Shown piece after piece: positions 20,556 to 30,141 of a DNA stretch of 64,000 bases. Each line of letters begins with the position of its first letter. Positions within the stretch are counted from its first letter, which is position 1. Source of the DNA: an uncultured Chloroflexia bacterium (lineage in GTDB: Bacteria > Chloroflexota > Dehalococcoidia > UBA2979); contig CAVSIV010000001.1 in assembly GCA_963728205.1 (NCBI GenBank), forward strand, positions 672,001 to 736,000, read 5' to 3'. The notes under the pieces are model-generated. The model had not been told where the DNA came from. It did not search any database and worked only from the letters and a program-made list of their open reading frames with translations. Position numbers and translations under genes: made by a program.

Positions 20556-22427
20556 ATGGCAGAGTCCAACTACTGGGTCCGCCGGTCTGTCGGCCGGCGG
20601 GCGGTACTGCGCGGCGCCGGCCTGGGAACGGCCGGACTTGCGGGGGCTGCGCTGATCGGGTGTGGCGGCGGTCAGAGCGGACAGGGCGCCGAGTCCGGCC
20701 AGGCCGGGGCAACGGTGTCGACGGGGCAGATCGTGTCGTCGGCGACCGCGGCGGCCACGTCCGCGAACGCGACCCCCGTTCCCGCAGACCAGGTGCGGCT
20801 GAAGCCGGGGATCTACGAGGGGCCGGTCGCGCCGTCTCCAGCCGAGGCGAACCCCAAGGTCAACGGCAAGCGCGGTGGCACGCTCCTGATGCGGTACCTC
20901 GACCCCCCGCGCATGGACATCAACCGCACGCTCTCGTGCACGATCTACTCAACGCTGAACCTCACGAACAACAAGCTCGTTCGCGGGAAGACCGGTGCGA
21001 ACGCGCCGCTGTTCAACGTGGATCTCGAACCGGACCTCGCCGAGTCCTGGGAGGCGCTGGACGGGAACACGCAGTTCACGTTCAAGCTGCGCAAGGGCGT
21101 GAAGACGCACAACGTCGCACCACTGAACGGGCGCGAGTTCACGTCCGAGGACGTGCTGGCCGGATACGGGATGTACAAGGACGGCGGGAGCCAGAAGGAC
21201 GTCTTCTCGACCGTCGAGTCGATGACGGCGCCGGACCCGTACACGGTCGTTTTCAAGCTCAGCGGTCCGATGTCGGACTTCCCGGCAACCCTGGCCTCCT
21301 GGGGCTTCGTCTACATGAAGGAGTTCGTGGACGACGAGGACCTGCGGCAGAAGCAGGCCGCCGGCACGGGGCCGTTCATCCAGAAGGAGTGGACGCGCAA
21401 GGAGCGCTCGGTCTTCGAGCGGCACCCTGACTACTTCGAGGACGGTCTCCCGTTCGTCGACGAGGTCATCGACACCGCGCAGGACGACCTGAACACGCTG
21501 CGCGCCAGCTTCCAGACGGACCACCTCTTCGAGTGGACGCATCGCGACGACGCGGACGCGGAGGACATGTTCAAGGCGCGCGGCGACACGATGGTCGCCA
21601 CGAAGTTCCCGACCTCGCGCGGCGCAAACGTCAACGGGTTCCAGTTCCAGATGAAGAACCCGACGTACCAGGATGAGCGCGTGCGCCACGCGCTCTCCCT
21701 GGCGCTCGACCGCGACGGGTTCGACGCCGCCTACAACGCGGGCGACAACCAGAACCCCGAGGGTGCGTACTCGAACGCGCCCATGCCGTGGCCGTACCTC
21801 TACGACGCCTACCCCACGGCCAAGGTGAACGGCCAGTGGTACAAGTACGACCCCACAGAGGCGTCAAAGCTGATGCAGGCCGCGGGCTACACGAAGGACA
21901 ACCCGCTCGCGTTCACGCTGAAGTCGTACTACTACGCGACCGCGCTCTCGGAGGTCGTCGTTCCGGGCATCAACCAGAGTCTGCCCGAAGTGAACATCAC
22001 GTGGCAGAAGGTCGACAACCCGACGCATGTCACGCTGATGTCCGATCGCAACTTCGATTCGGCCGTGGGCTTCCTCTGGGGCCCCGCCGGATTCGCGATG
22101 GATCAGTGGATCTACCCCTTCTATCACTCGAAGGGAGGCACGAACTACGGGAGCATCAACGACTCGCAGCTCGACGACCTGCTCATCAAGCAGCGGGAGG
22201 CGTCGGAACTGGACGCGAAGAAGGAGATCTGGCGGCAGGTCTGGGACCGCATCCACGACAAGGTGTACCAGGCCTGGTTCCCGGAGGCGCTGCGGCGCGT
22301 GTCGTGGCACAACTACATGCTGAACTACCGGTACCACGGATTCATGGGCAGCTTCGTCTGCTACACGTCGGACCAGGCACGGGCGATCTGGCTCGACGAC
22401 GGCGCGCCCGGCGTGAACCGCACCTAG
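20556..22427 (+). CDS. ABC transporter family 5 substrate-binding lipoprotein (Tat), paralog of 18483-20357
   Basis: RRAVLRG leader, LIGC lipobox; long identical stretches with the upstream SBP. Confidence 0.9.
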   Translation: MAESNYWVRRSVGRRAVLRGAGLGTAGLAGAALIGCGGGQSGQGAESGQAGATVSTGQIVSSATAAATSANATPVPADQVRLKPGIYEGPVAPSPAEANPKVNGKRGGTLLMRYLDPPRMDINRTLSCTIYSTLNLTNNKLVRGKTGANAPLFNVDLEPDLAESWEALDGNTQFTFKLRKGVKTHNVAPLNGREFTSEDVLAGYGMYKDGGSQKDVFSTVESMTAPDPYTVVFKLSGPMSDFPATLASWGFVYMKEFVDDEDLRQKQAAGTGPFIQKEWTRKERSVFERHPDYFEDGLPFVDEVIDTAQDDLNTLRASFQTDHLFEWTHRDDADAEDMFKARGDTMVATKFPTSRGANVNGFQFQMKNPTYQDERVRHALSLALDRDGFDAAYNAGDNQNPEGAYSNAPMPWPYLYDAYPTAKVNGQWYKYDPTEASKLMQAAGYTKDNPLAFTLKSYYYATALSEVVVPGINQSLPEVNITWQKVDNPTHVTLMSDRNFDSAVGFLWGPAGFAMDQWIYPFYHSKGGTNYGSINDSQLDDLLIKQREASELDAKKEIWRQVWDRIHDKVYQAWFPEALRRVSWHNYMLNYRYHGFMGSFVCYTSDQARAIWLDDGAPGVNRT

Positions 22428-22451
22428 CGCGGCGTCCCCGGAGGACGGCAC

Positions 22452-22480
22452 GAAGGCCCGGCGCATCGCGCCGGGCCTTC
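22452..22480. terminator. Hairpin between convergent genes
   Basis: GAAGGCCCGGCGC-ATC-GCGCCGGGCCTTC. Confidence 0.6.
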
Positions 22481-22515
22481 TGCGTGTGCGGGGAATCGCC
22501 GGCGGACGCGACGCC

Positions 22516-23436
22516 CTAGGGCTCGTCGATCACCGGGTTCTCGAGCTCGCCGAGGCCGGTGATCGCGACGCGCACGCGGTCACCGTGCGTCAGCCACTCG
22601 CGCGGGTCGCGCGCCTGCCCGACGCCGGACGGCGTGCCGGTGAACACGATGTCGCCGGGCCGCAGGGTCATCGCCGTCGAGATGTAGGCGATCAGCGACG
22701 GGATGTCGAAGATGAGGTCGCCCGTCGTCGACTCCTGCTTCAGGACATCGTTCACCCATGTCCGCAGCGTGAGCGCCGCCGGGTCGGGCACCTCGTCGCG
22801 CGTCGCGATCCACGGGCCGGTCGGGCCGTGCGTGTCAAAGCCCTTGCCCATCGTCCAGGTGGCGGCGTGGCGCTGGAAGTCGCGCACGGAGACGTCGTTG
22901 CCGTTCATGTAGCCCGCGACGCAGTCGAGCGCGACGTCCGCCGAGACGTTGCGGGCGTCGCGGCCGATCACGAAGACGAGCTCGCCCTCCCAGTCGACCA
23001 TGCTGCTGGCGCGGGGCACATGGATGGGGCGGCCGGGGCCGCTGATCGCCGTGTCGACCTTCGTGAAGACGATGGGGCGCTCGGGCAGCGTCGCGCCGGT
23101 CTCCGCCGCATGCGCGCGGTAGTTGAGCCCGATGGCGAGCGCCTTGCCTGGGCGCGGGATCGGCGCCTCGAAGCGGAAGCCGGGCTCCGCAACGTCGAAT
23201 AACACGCCGCCGGCGCGCAGGGCGTCGGAATCCCGCGCGGCCCGCCCGGCCGCGTCGTTCAGCGCCGCGCGCGCGGTGTCGAGGCCGGCATCGCCCAGCG
23301 CCAGCAGCGGGATCATCTCCGTGGGCAGCAGCGCGCCGGTAGCCGCGGCCGCGCGCGCGAGGTCGACGACGCGGGCGTCGTCGAGCATCGCCCCGGTGCG
23401 CGTCGTGCCGCGGGAGGTGTAGGTGACGAGGCGCAT
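22516..23436 (-). CDS. Fumarylacetoacetate hydrolase family protein
   Basis: IGLNYRAHAAE, DWEGEL, NDVSVRDFQ, GKGFDT, GDIVFTGTPSGVG. Confidence 0.92.
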   Translation of the reverse strand: MRLVTYTSRGTTRTGAMLDDARVVDLARAAAATGALLPTEMIPLLALGDAGLDTARAALNDAAGRAARDSDALRAGGVLFDVAEPGFRFEAPIPRPGKALAIGLNYRAHAAETGATLPERPIVFTKVDTAISGPGRPIHVPRASSMVDWEGELVFVIGRDARNVSADVALDCVAGYMNGNDVSVRDFQRHAATWTMGKGFDTHGPTGPWIATRDEVPDPAALTLRTWVNDVLKQESTTGDLIFDIPSLIAYISTAMTLRPGDIVFTGTPSGVGQARDPREWLTHGDRVRVAITGLGELENPVIDEP

Positions 23437-23560
23437 TCGGTGCTCCATCCAGCGCAGACCGCGGACCGCAGGCCGCGGCCGGTGACGGATGGTAGCGGAA
23501 CGGCGGCCGGCGGGTGGGCGGAGCGGGTGGCCGCCGCGGCCGGGGGCGCCGCCGCGGACG

Positions 23561-24157
23561 TCAGGCGGAGCGCGCCTCGGCGGCGGAGGCGGCGTCGAGC
23601 GCGGCGCGCAGCGCGTGCAGCGCACGCATCTGCGCCGCGCGCGCGGCAGCGGCGGTGCAACCGACGCGCTCCGCGATCTCGTCGTACGACAGGCCGTCGA
23701 TCACCCGCAGCCGCGTGATCCAGCGCTGCCGCGCCGTCAACGCCGAAAACGCGATCTCGATGCGCGCGTCGACCTGATCCGCCAGCGCCTGCTCCTCGGC
23801 AGACGGCTCGATCGGGTCGGGGCTCGCGTCGAGCGGGGAGCTCTGCTTCCGCGTCCGGTAGAAGTCCTTGATCGTGTTCGAGGCGATGTGGAAGAGCCAC
23901 ACATTGAACGGGCGCGACTGGTCGCGCCGGTCGATCGCGCGCAGCGCCTTGAGGAACGTGAGCTGGAGCACGTCCTCGGCGTCCTCGGGTTGCGGGAGCC
24001 GCCGCCGCGCGTAGGCCAGCAGGTCGCGCCGGTAGGCGGCGCAGAGCGTGCCGAAGGCGTCGCGGTCGCCGCCCGCCGCACGCGCCGAGAGGTCGCGCAC
24101 GGCGTCGGGCGTCAGCTCGGCCGCAACCGGCCCGAAGGGGAGGATGGCGTCGCTCAT
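23561..24157 (-). CDS. ECF sigma-70 factor (198 aa)
   Basis: Region 2 DAEDVLQLTFLKA..FNVWLFHIASNTIKDFYR; region 4 LTARQR..GLSYDEIAERVG..RALHALR. Confidence 0.9.
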   Translation of the reverse strand: MSDAILPFGPVAAELTPDAVRDLSARAAGGDRDAFGTLCAAYRRDLLAYARRRLPQPEDAEDVLQLTFLKALRAIDRRDQSRPFNVWLFHIASNTIKDFYRTRKQSSPLDASPDPIEPSAEEQALADQVDARIEIAFSALTARQRWITRLRVIDGLSYDEIAERVGCTAAAARAAQMRALHALRAALDAASAAEARSA

Positions 24158-24260
24158 ACCTGGAGAATCGGCTGAGTCGGCGCTGAAGATTACCCGCGCT
24201 CCCCTCTGCGGAACTGGCCGGACCGGCCGACAGGGGCCGCGTGACGCGCCGGGACGTGCG

Positions 24261-24289
24261 AAGGCGGGGGCCGTGGGCGCCCCCGCCTT
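24261..24289 (-). terminator. Hairpin after membrane gene 1 (repeated at 27455-27483)
   Basis: AAGGCGGGGGC ... GCCCCCGCCTT. Confidence 0.5.
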
Positions 24290-24312
24290 GGTGCTGAGCC
24301 GCGGTCCGCCGC

Positions 24313-25146
24313 CTATGCGGCGAGCCGTGCCCGCTTCGCCGCGATGAAGTCGGCGACGTCCTCGGAGGAGGCCTCGACCTCGGCGAGGAGCCGCTCGTAG
24401 TCGCGGATGAGCGCGTTGGCGCTGGCCGCGTCGAGCATGGCGCCCTTCGCCTTGGAGGCTCCCTGGCGGAGGGCCAGGGCGAGCACGCCAACCGGAGCGG
24501 TGAAGGCGGCGAAGCCGAGCGGACCGAGCTCTCGCCAGGAGAGTGCGAGCCCGAGGGCGACGAGGCCCATCACCGCGAAGTGGACGGCGAGCCAGAGGTA
24601 GTTGTCCTTGACGACCTTTCCGAGCGCCTGTCCGGTGGTGCACGAAATCATCGCGCCCACCAGCGTCATGTTGACGATCCACATCGCCAGCCCCGCCGCG
24701 ACGGCGGCGACGACGAGGGTGCCGGCGCTCTCCGGCATGAGCCGGGTGAGCCCCGCGTAGACCCCCGCCGCCGCGGTGCCGGCGAGCACCAGGACGGCGG
24801 AGTTGTAGGCGAGGCGGGAGACCGGCTTGTGGCGGAAGAGCCACGCGGCCAGCCCGACGACGATCGCGAGCGGCACGGCCGCCCCGACGCCGTAGAGGAT
24901 CCCGCCCCCGACGATCGCGGCCGCGGAGACGGACGCGCGCGTCTGGGTGAAGAGCTGGGTGCCCTGGCGTTCGAGCACCGCGGCGAGCGCCAGCATCAGC
25001 AGGAGCCCGCCCCATTCCGGCGGCCGGAGGAAGACCAGGAGGCCTGCTCCGGCGACCGCGCCGAATCCCGTCACCCCGTACAGGAGGGCCTGTGCCCTGC
25101 TCCGGGCGAGGGATGAGATCCACCGTGTGGTGGGACTCTCAGCCAT
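24313..25146 (-). CDS. Multi-TM putative membrane sensor with short C-terminal helix, copy 1
   Basis: About 7-8 TM helices; RLAYNSA and WIVNMTLV motifs; amphipathic tail; GAAAGG RBS. Confidence 0.85.
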   Translation of the reverse strand: MAESPTTRWISSLARSRAQALLYGVTGFGAVAGAGLLVFLRPPEWGGLLLMLALAAVLERQGTQLFTQTRASVSAAAIVGGGILYGVGAAVPLAIVVGLAAWLFRHKPVSRLAYNSAVLVLAGTAAAGVYAGLTRLMPESAGTLVVAAVAAGLAMWIVNMTLVGAMISCTTGQALGKVVKDNYLWLAVHFAVMGLVALGLALSWRELGPLGFAAFTAPVGVLALALRQGASKAKGAMLDAASANALIRDYERLLAEVEASSEDVADFIAAKRARLAA

Positions 25147-25185
25147 GGTGTCGACCTTTCAGCACAACACTCGCTCGGAGGGTGA

Positions 25186-26985
25186 CTAGTCCCAGGTGAT
25201 GGCATCCCAGGTGATGGCGTCCCACGTGATGCTGTCCCAGGTGATCGAGTCCCACGTGATGGCGTCCCACGTGATGGAGTCCCACGTGATCGAGTCCCAC
25301 GTGATGGAGTCCCACGTGATCGAGTCCGGCGACGCCGGCTTGTTCTGGATCGAGCCGTCGCTGCCGATCCACAGGCTCTTCGGGAGCCCCTGGTTCGCGG
25401 CGCCCTGGCTCGGGCCGAACACGGCATCGTAGGCATTCAGCGCCGGCGCGTTGGAGCTGGGGAACGTGTCAGCCGTCCCCGTCAGCTGGGCCTTCACCTG
25501 GTCCGGCGTGAGGGACGGGTTGTGCTGGAGCATCAGCGCGACGGTGCCGGAGACGACCGGGGCCGACTCGGAGGTGCCGCTGAGCATCATGTAGTGCTCG
25601 CCGACACGAAGCTTCGGGTTCTGCAGGTAGAGCAGCGACGGCTTGTTGCCCGTCGTCGCGATCAGGTGCCAGCCCGGGGCAACCAGGTCGGGCTTCTGGA
25701 ACCCGTCGTGCGTCGTGCCGTACGTCGACCACGACGCCAGCGTGTCGTCCGTCGTCTCGAGCGTCGCATTGTCGCTGAAGGCGCCGACGGAGATCACGTA
25801 CGGGTCGTTCGCGGGTGGGTGGTCCGTCGCGAACGCGTCGCTCGTGCCGAGGTTGCCCTCCGACGAGACGACGACGATGCCGTGGAACCACAGCTGCTCA
25901 ATCGCGGCGTCGAGCGGGCTCGTGAAGAAGCTCTCCGGCGTCGACTGCGTGAACGACATGTTCGCGACGCGGATGTTGTACTTCGCCTGGTTGTCCAGCA
26001 CGTACTCGAGACCCGCGAGGACGTCGCCGAGCTCGATGCCCTTTTCGAACGTTCCCACCTGGACGTCGACGATGTTCGCGTCCGGGGCGATACCCATGTA
26101 GCGCCCCTGGCTGTCAGCGCCGTTGCCCGCGATCACGCCGGCCGTGTGCGTGCCATGCCCGTACGGGTCGCGGACGCCCGCGAGCGCCGTGTCGTTCGGG
26201 GTGTAGCGCGCGACCACGCGGCCGCCGAAGTCGGAGCCGACGGCGTGGCTGACGCCGGTGTCGATGACCGCAACGCCGATGCCCTTACCGGTGACTCCCT
26301 CGTCCCAGACGTCGGTTGCGCCGACGACCTGCGGGAACACGGACACGACGTCGGTGTAGTCACCGCGCTGCTTCCCGTCGGGGAGCCTGGAGCCGAGGAT
26401 CGAGGCGCGGTCCTGGTGCGTACCCTTGGGGCCGGCGGCTGCCTTGGGGGCCGGCGTTGCCTTCGGCGCGGGGGCCGCCTTGGTGCCCGGGCCAACCTTC
26501 GGAGCGCGCGCCGCCTTCTTATCCGGTCCGGCCTTCGGGGCCGGAGTCGGGGTCGGGGTCGGCGTGCCCCCCGCCAGCAGCGACGTCCAGTTGTTGCGGT
26601 CTCGTGGGCCGCGGCCCGTCATCTCGATGTTCGAGTTGAGGCTGATCGACTTGACCGACGTGTTGCCGGCCAGCGCGTCGAGCTGGTCGACGGGGATGGT
26701 CGCCTCGACGGCGGGAATGATGTGGTACTGCTGCGACACGGTGCCGCCGGCCGCCTCGACGGCGGCAGCGGTGGCATCGGTATCGCCGGTGGACTGGATG
26801 ATGACGGCGACGAAGCCGTTGTCCTGGTTGGCGGTGTCGTACACGGCGGCGTTGACGTTGCTCGGGCCGGCGGCGCGGGCGGGGGCCTGCGACGCGGGCC
26901 CGAGCATGAGCGCGACCGCGACGAGCGCGACCAGGACGGTGAGGAAGACCGGCCAGCGCCGGCCGGTGAGCTTGTTCAGGACCAC
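25186..26985 (-). CDS. Secreted S8 (subtilisin-like) peptidase with 9 C-terminal (S/A)ITWD repeats, copy 1
   Basis: Signal peptide and prodomain; triad VAVIDTG / YGHGTH / SGTSES; GTG start after GGAAAG. Confidence 0.92.
   Translation of the reverse strand: MVLNKLTGRRWPVFLTVLVALVAVALMLGPASQAPARAAGPSNVNAAVYDTANQDNGFVAVIIQSTGDTDATAAAVEAAGGTVSQQYHIIPAVEATIPVDQLDALAGNTSVKSISLNSNIEMTGRGPRDRNNWTSLLAGGTPTPTPTPAPKAGPDKKAARAPKVGPGTKAAPAPKATPAPKAAAGPKGTHQDRASILGSRLPDGKQRGDYTDVVSVFPQVVGATDVWDEGVTGKGIGVAVIDTGVSHAVGSDFGGRVVARYTPNDTALAGVRDPYGHGTHTAGVIAGNGADSQGRYMGIAPDANIVDVQVGTFEKGIELGDVLAGLEYVLDNQAKYNIRVANMSFTQSTPESFFTSPLDAAIEQLWFHGIVVVSSEGNLGTSDAFATDHPPANDPYVISVGAFSDNATLETTDDTLASWSTYGTTHDGFQKPDLVAPGWHLIATTGNKPSLLYLQNPKLRVGEHYMMLSGTSESAPVVSGTVALMLQHNPSLTPDQVKAQLTGTADTFPSSNAPALNAYDAVFGPSQGAANQGLPKSLWIGSDGSIQNKPASPDSITWDSITWDSITWDSITWDAITWDSITWDSITWDAITWDAITWD
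25189..25323 (-). repeat. 9 x 15-bp coding tandem repeat = (S/A)ITWD
   Basis: Units differ only at synonymous positions and at Ser/Ala. Confidence 0.95.
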
Positions 26986-27058
26986 TGCACTTTCCAATCG
27001 CTGTTGGCGTTGGCGAATGCGTCACCGCTCGGCGCGTGCGTCGCGCCTCGCGGCGGGT

Positions 27059-27156
27059 CCCCGTTCGGCAGCCCGGCTACCCGTGGCTCTGTGTGAGCCG
27101 GGAGGGCCCGTGGCTTTGCGTCCCCCGGTTCCCCGGGGTTTGCCGTTGTCGTGGGG
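27059..27156 (-). ncRNA. c-di-GMP-I (GEMM) riboswitch, proximal type, upstream of peptidase 1
   Basis: CGACAACGGCAAACCCCGG-GGAA-CCGGGGGACGCAAAGCCACGGGCCC...GGGTAGCCGGGCTGCCG. Confidence 0.9.
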
Positions 27157-27258
27157 CCAGCTGGACTAGATGTGTGGCATCGTCTCGACTCCTCCGTCTC
27201 GCGGCCGCCTGGCGGCGGCTGCGCCCCTGATCCGAGGAGGGCGGAGGCATCGGGCCTC

Positions 27259-27362
27259 GCAACCTTCGGTAGCCCGGCCGTCATGACCCCTCGTACGAGG
27301 GGCGGTAGACCCGTGGGCTTTGCGCCACCCGGTTTCCCGGGCTTTGCCATTTCTCGGATTGC
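27259..27362 (-). ncRNA. c-di-GMP-I riboswitch, distal type, upstream of peptidase 1
   Basis: CGAGAAATGGCAAAGCCCGG-GAAA-CCGGGTGGCGCAAAGCCCACGGGTC...GACGGCCGGGCTACCG. Confidence 0.88.
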
Positions 27363-27410
27363 CGCTTGCCAGGGACGGCTCGCCGTTGCGGCGGGGCGTC
27401 CCTTACCCGG

Positions 27411-27440
27411 GAAGACGAACGACGGGCACTCCGCGTGACG
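27411..27440 (-). promoter_or_regulatory. ECF-type promoter CGTCACG-N16-CGTCTTC
   Basis: One of 5 copies with identical 16-nt spacing. Confidence 0.7.
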
Positions 27441-27506
27441 CGCCGGGACGTGCGAAGGCGGGGGCCGTGGGCGCCCCCGCCTTGGTGCTGAGCCGCGGTC
27501 CGCCGC

Positions 27507-28341
27507 CTATGCGGCGAGCCGTGCCCGCTTCGCCGCGATGAAGTCGGCGACGTCCTCGGAGGAGGCCTCGACCTCGGCGAGGAGCCGCTCGTAGTCGCGG
27601 ATGAGCGCGTTGGCGCTGGCCGCGTCGAGCATGGCGCCCTTCGCCTTGGAGGCTCCCTGGCGGAGGGCCAGGGCGAGCACGCCAACCGGAGCGGTGAAGG
27701 CGGCGAAGCCGAGCGGACCGAGCTCTCGCCAGGAGAGTGCGAGCCCGAGGGCGACGAGGCCCATCACCGCGAAGTGGACGGCGAGCCAGAGGTAGTTGTC
27801 CTTGACGACCTTTCCGAGCGCCTGTCCGGTGGTGCACGAGATCATCGCGCCCACCAGCGTCATGTTGACGATCCACATCGCCAGCCCCGCCGCGACGGCG
27901 GCGACGACGAGGGTGCCGGCGCTCTCCGGCATGAGCCGGGTGAGCCCCGCGTAGACCCCCGCCGCCGCGGTGCCGGCGAGCACCAGGACGGCGGAGTTGT
28001 AGGCGAGGCGGGAGACCGGCTTGTGGCGGAAGAGCCACGCGGCCAGCCCGACGACGATCGCGAGCGGCACGGCCGCCCCGACGCCGTAGAGGATCCCCGC
28101 CCCCGACGATCGCGGCCGCGGAGACGGACGCGCGCGTCTGGGTGAAGAGCTGGGTGCCCTGGCGTTCGAGCACCGCGGCGAGCGCCAGCATCAGCAGGAG
28201 CCCGCCCCATTCCGGCGGCCGGAGGAAGACCAGGAGGCCTGCTCCGGCGACCGCGCCAAATCCCGTCACCCCGTACAGGAGGGCCTGTGCCCTGCTCCGG
28301 GCGAGGGATGAGAGCCACCCGGTGGTGGAAGTCTCAGCCAT
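27507..28341 (-). CDS. Multi-TM putative membrane sensor, copy 2 (one extra C in a C-run near 28095)
   Basis: Nearly identical to 24313-25146 apart from the first few codons; GGATCCCCG versus GGATCCCG. Confidence 0.8.
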
Positions 28342-28382
28342 TGTGTCGACCTTTCAGCGCAACACTCACGCTCGGAGGGTGA

Positions 28383-30068
28383 CTAGTCCCAGGTAATCGA
28401 GTCCCAGGTGATGGCGTCCCACGTGATGCTGTCCCAGGTGATCGAGTCCCACGTGATGGCGTCCCACGTGATCGAGTCCCACGTGATGCTGTCCCAGGTG
28501 ATCGAGTCCCACGTGATCGAGTCCCACGTGATCGACGCCGGGCCGGCGGGGATGTTCTGGATCGAGCCGTCGCTGCCGATCCACAGGCTGCGCGGCAGCC
28601 CCTGGTTCGCGAGGCTCGCGTCCGCGGTGAACACCGCGCCGTACGCGTCGAGCGCCGGTGCGGTCGAGCCGGTGAAGGCCTTGCCCGTGTCGACGATCCG
28701 CGCCTTCACCTGGTCGGGCGTGAGCGACGGGTTCTGCTGCAGCATCAGGGCGACGGTGCCGGAGACCACCGGGGCCGCCGACGAGGTGCCGCTGAGCTTC
28801 ATGTAGCGTGAGCCGACACGCAGGTCCGGGTTGTCAAGGTACAGCAGCGACATCGCGTTGCCGGTGGTGGCGATCAGGCGCCATCCCGGGGCGATCACGT
28901 CCGGCTTCTGGAAGCCGTCGTGCGTCGTGCCGCGGCTCGACCAGTCCTTGAGGAAGTCGTCGGATGTGTCGAGCGTGGCGTTGTCGCTGAAGGCGCCCAC
29001 GGTGATGACGTACGGGTCGTTCGCTGGCGGGTGGTCCGTCACGTAGGCGTCGGACGTCCCGCGGTTGCCCGCAGCGGTCACGACGACGATGCCGTGGAAC
29101 CAGAGCTGCTCGACGGCGGCGTCGAGCGGGCTCGTGAAGAAGCTCTCCGGCGTCGACTGCGTGAACGAGAGGTTCGCGACGCGGATGTTGTACTGGGCCT
29201 GGTGGTCCAGCGTGTACTGGAGTCCGGCGATCACGTCGCCCAGCTTGATGCCCAGGGCGTAGTCACCGACGCGGACCGCGATGATGTTCGCGTCCGGTGC
29301 GATGCCCATGTAGCGCCCAAGGCTGTCGGTGCCGTCGCCGGCGACGATGCCGGCCACGTGCGTGCCGTGACCGTAGGCGTCGCTGCTGGTCAGTCCGCTC
29401 GGGGCGTAGCTCGCGACGATGCGGTTGCCGAAGTCGTTGCGACCGACGTCGTTCACGCCGGTGTCGATGATGGCGACCCCGACGCCCTGGCCCATGACGC
29501 CTTCATCCCAGGCGTCGGTGGCGCCGACGACCTGCGGGAACACCGAGACCACGTCCGTGTAGCGACCGCGCGCCTTCCCGTTCGGGAGGCTCTGGCCGAG
29601 GATCGAGTACCGGTCGGCCTTCGGCGTCGCGCTGTCGGTCGTGGGCGTGGGCGTCGCCGTGGCCTTGAGCAGCGACTTCCAGTCCGGGGCACCGAGACCG
29701 GTCGGCTGGATGTCCGAGTTCAGGCTGATCGACTTGACCGACGGGTTGGCGGCCAGCGCGTCGAGCTGGTCGACGGGGATGGTCGCCTCGACGGCGGGGA
29801 TGATGTGGAACTGCTGCGAGACCGTGCCGCCGGCAGTCGCGACGGCCGCGGCGGTGGCATCGGTATCGCCGGTGGACTGGATGATGACGGCGACGAAGCC
29901 GTTGTCCTGGTTGGCGGGGTCGAGGACGGCCGCGTGCACGTTGCTCGGGCCGGCCGCGCGGGCGGGTGCCTGCGAGGCGGGGCCGAGCATGAGCGCGACC
30001 GCGACGAGCGCGACCAGGACGGTGAGGAAGACCGGCCAGCGCCGGCCGGTGAGCTTGTTCAGGACCAC
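28383..30068 (-). CDS. Secreted S8 peptidase with 10 C-terminal (S/A)ITWD repeats, copy 2
   Basis: Signal peptide; triad VAIIDTG / YGHGTH / SGTSSA; AAGN oxyanion motif. Confidence 0.92.
   Translation of the reverse strand: MVLNKLTGRRWPVFLTVLVALVAVALMLGPASQAPARAAGPSNVHAAVLDPANQDNGFVAVIIQSTGDTDATAAAVATAGGTVSQQFHIIPAVEATIPVDQLDALAANPSVKSISLNSDIQPTGLGAPDWKSLLKATATPTPTTDSATPKADRYSILGQSLPNGKARGRYTDVVSVFPQVVGATDAWDEGVMGQGVGVAIIDTGVNDVGRNDFGNRIVASYAPSGLTSSDAYGHGTHVAGIVAGDGTDSLGRYMGIAPDANIIAVRVGDYALGIKLGDVIAGLQYTLDHQAQYNIRVANLSFTQSTPESFFTSPLDAAVEQLWFHGIVVVTAAGNRGTSDAYVTDHPPANDPYVITVGAFSDNATLDTSDDFLKDWSSRGTTHDGFQKPDVIAPGWRLIATTGNAMSLLYLDNPDLRVGSRYMKLSGTSSAAPVVSGTVALMLQQNPSLTPDQVKARIVDTGKAFTGSTAPALDAYGAVFTADASLANQGLPRSLWIGSDGSIQNIPAGPASITWDSITWDSITWDSITWDSITWDAITWDSITWDSITWDAITWDSITWD
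28386..28535 (-). repeat. 10 x 15-bp coding tandem repeat = (S/A)ITWD
   Basis: Synonymous codon variation among units. Confidence 0.95.
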
Positions 30069-30141
30069 TGCACTTTCCAATCGCTGTTGGCGTTGGCGAA
30101 TGCGTCACCGCTCGGCGCGTGCGTCGCGCCTCGCGGCGGGT

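Larger units (their letters stand above)
24237..27421. repeat. Tandem duplication unit 1 (membrane gene + S8 peptidase + riboswitch pair)
   Basis: Begins CCGCGTGACGCGCCGGGACG and ends GGGAAGACGAACG, as does unit 2. Confidence 0.9.

Noticed and set aside
24215-24246. Autoregulatory ECF promoter upstream of the sigma gene
   Set aside because: The CGTCACG half is present (part of the duplicated unit), but there is no CGTC at 16-nt spacing
26976-27350. ORFs over the leaders (MAKPGKPGGAKPTG..., also 30105-30809 and the N-terminal extension of 32335-32982)
   Set aside because: They are translations of riboswitch sequence, not plausible proteins
27507-28341. Membrane gene copy 2 as a pseudogene or phase-variable gene
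   Set aside because: A single extra C in a short run, in a sequence with many similar indels; the copy is otherwise nearly identical to copy 1
25189-28535. 15-bp tandem arrays as CRISPR or non-coding VNTR
   Set aside because: No spacers and no cas genes; the arrays are in frame and vary only synonymously or by Ser/Ala
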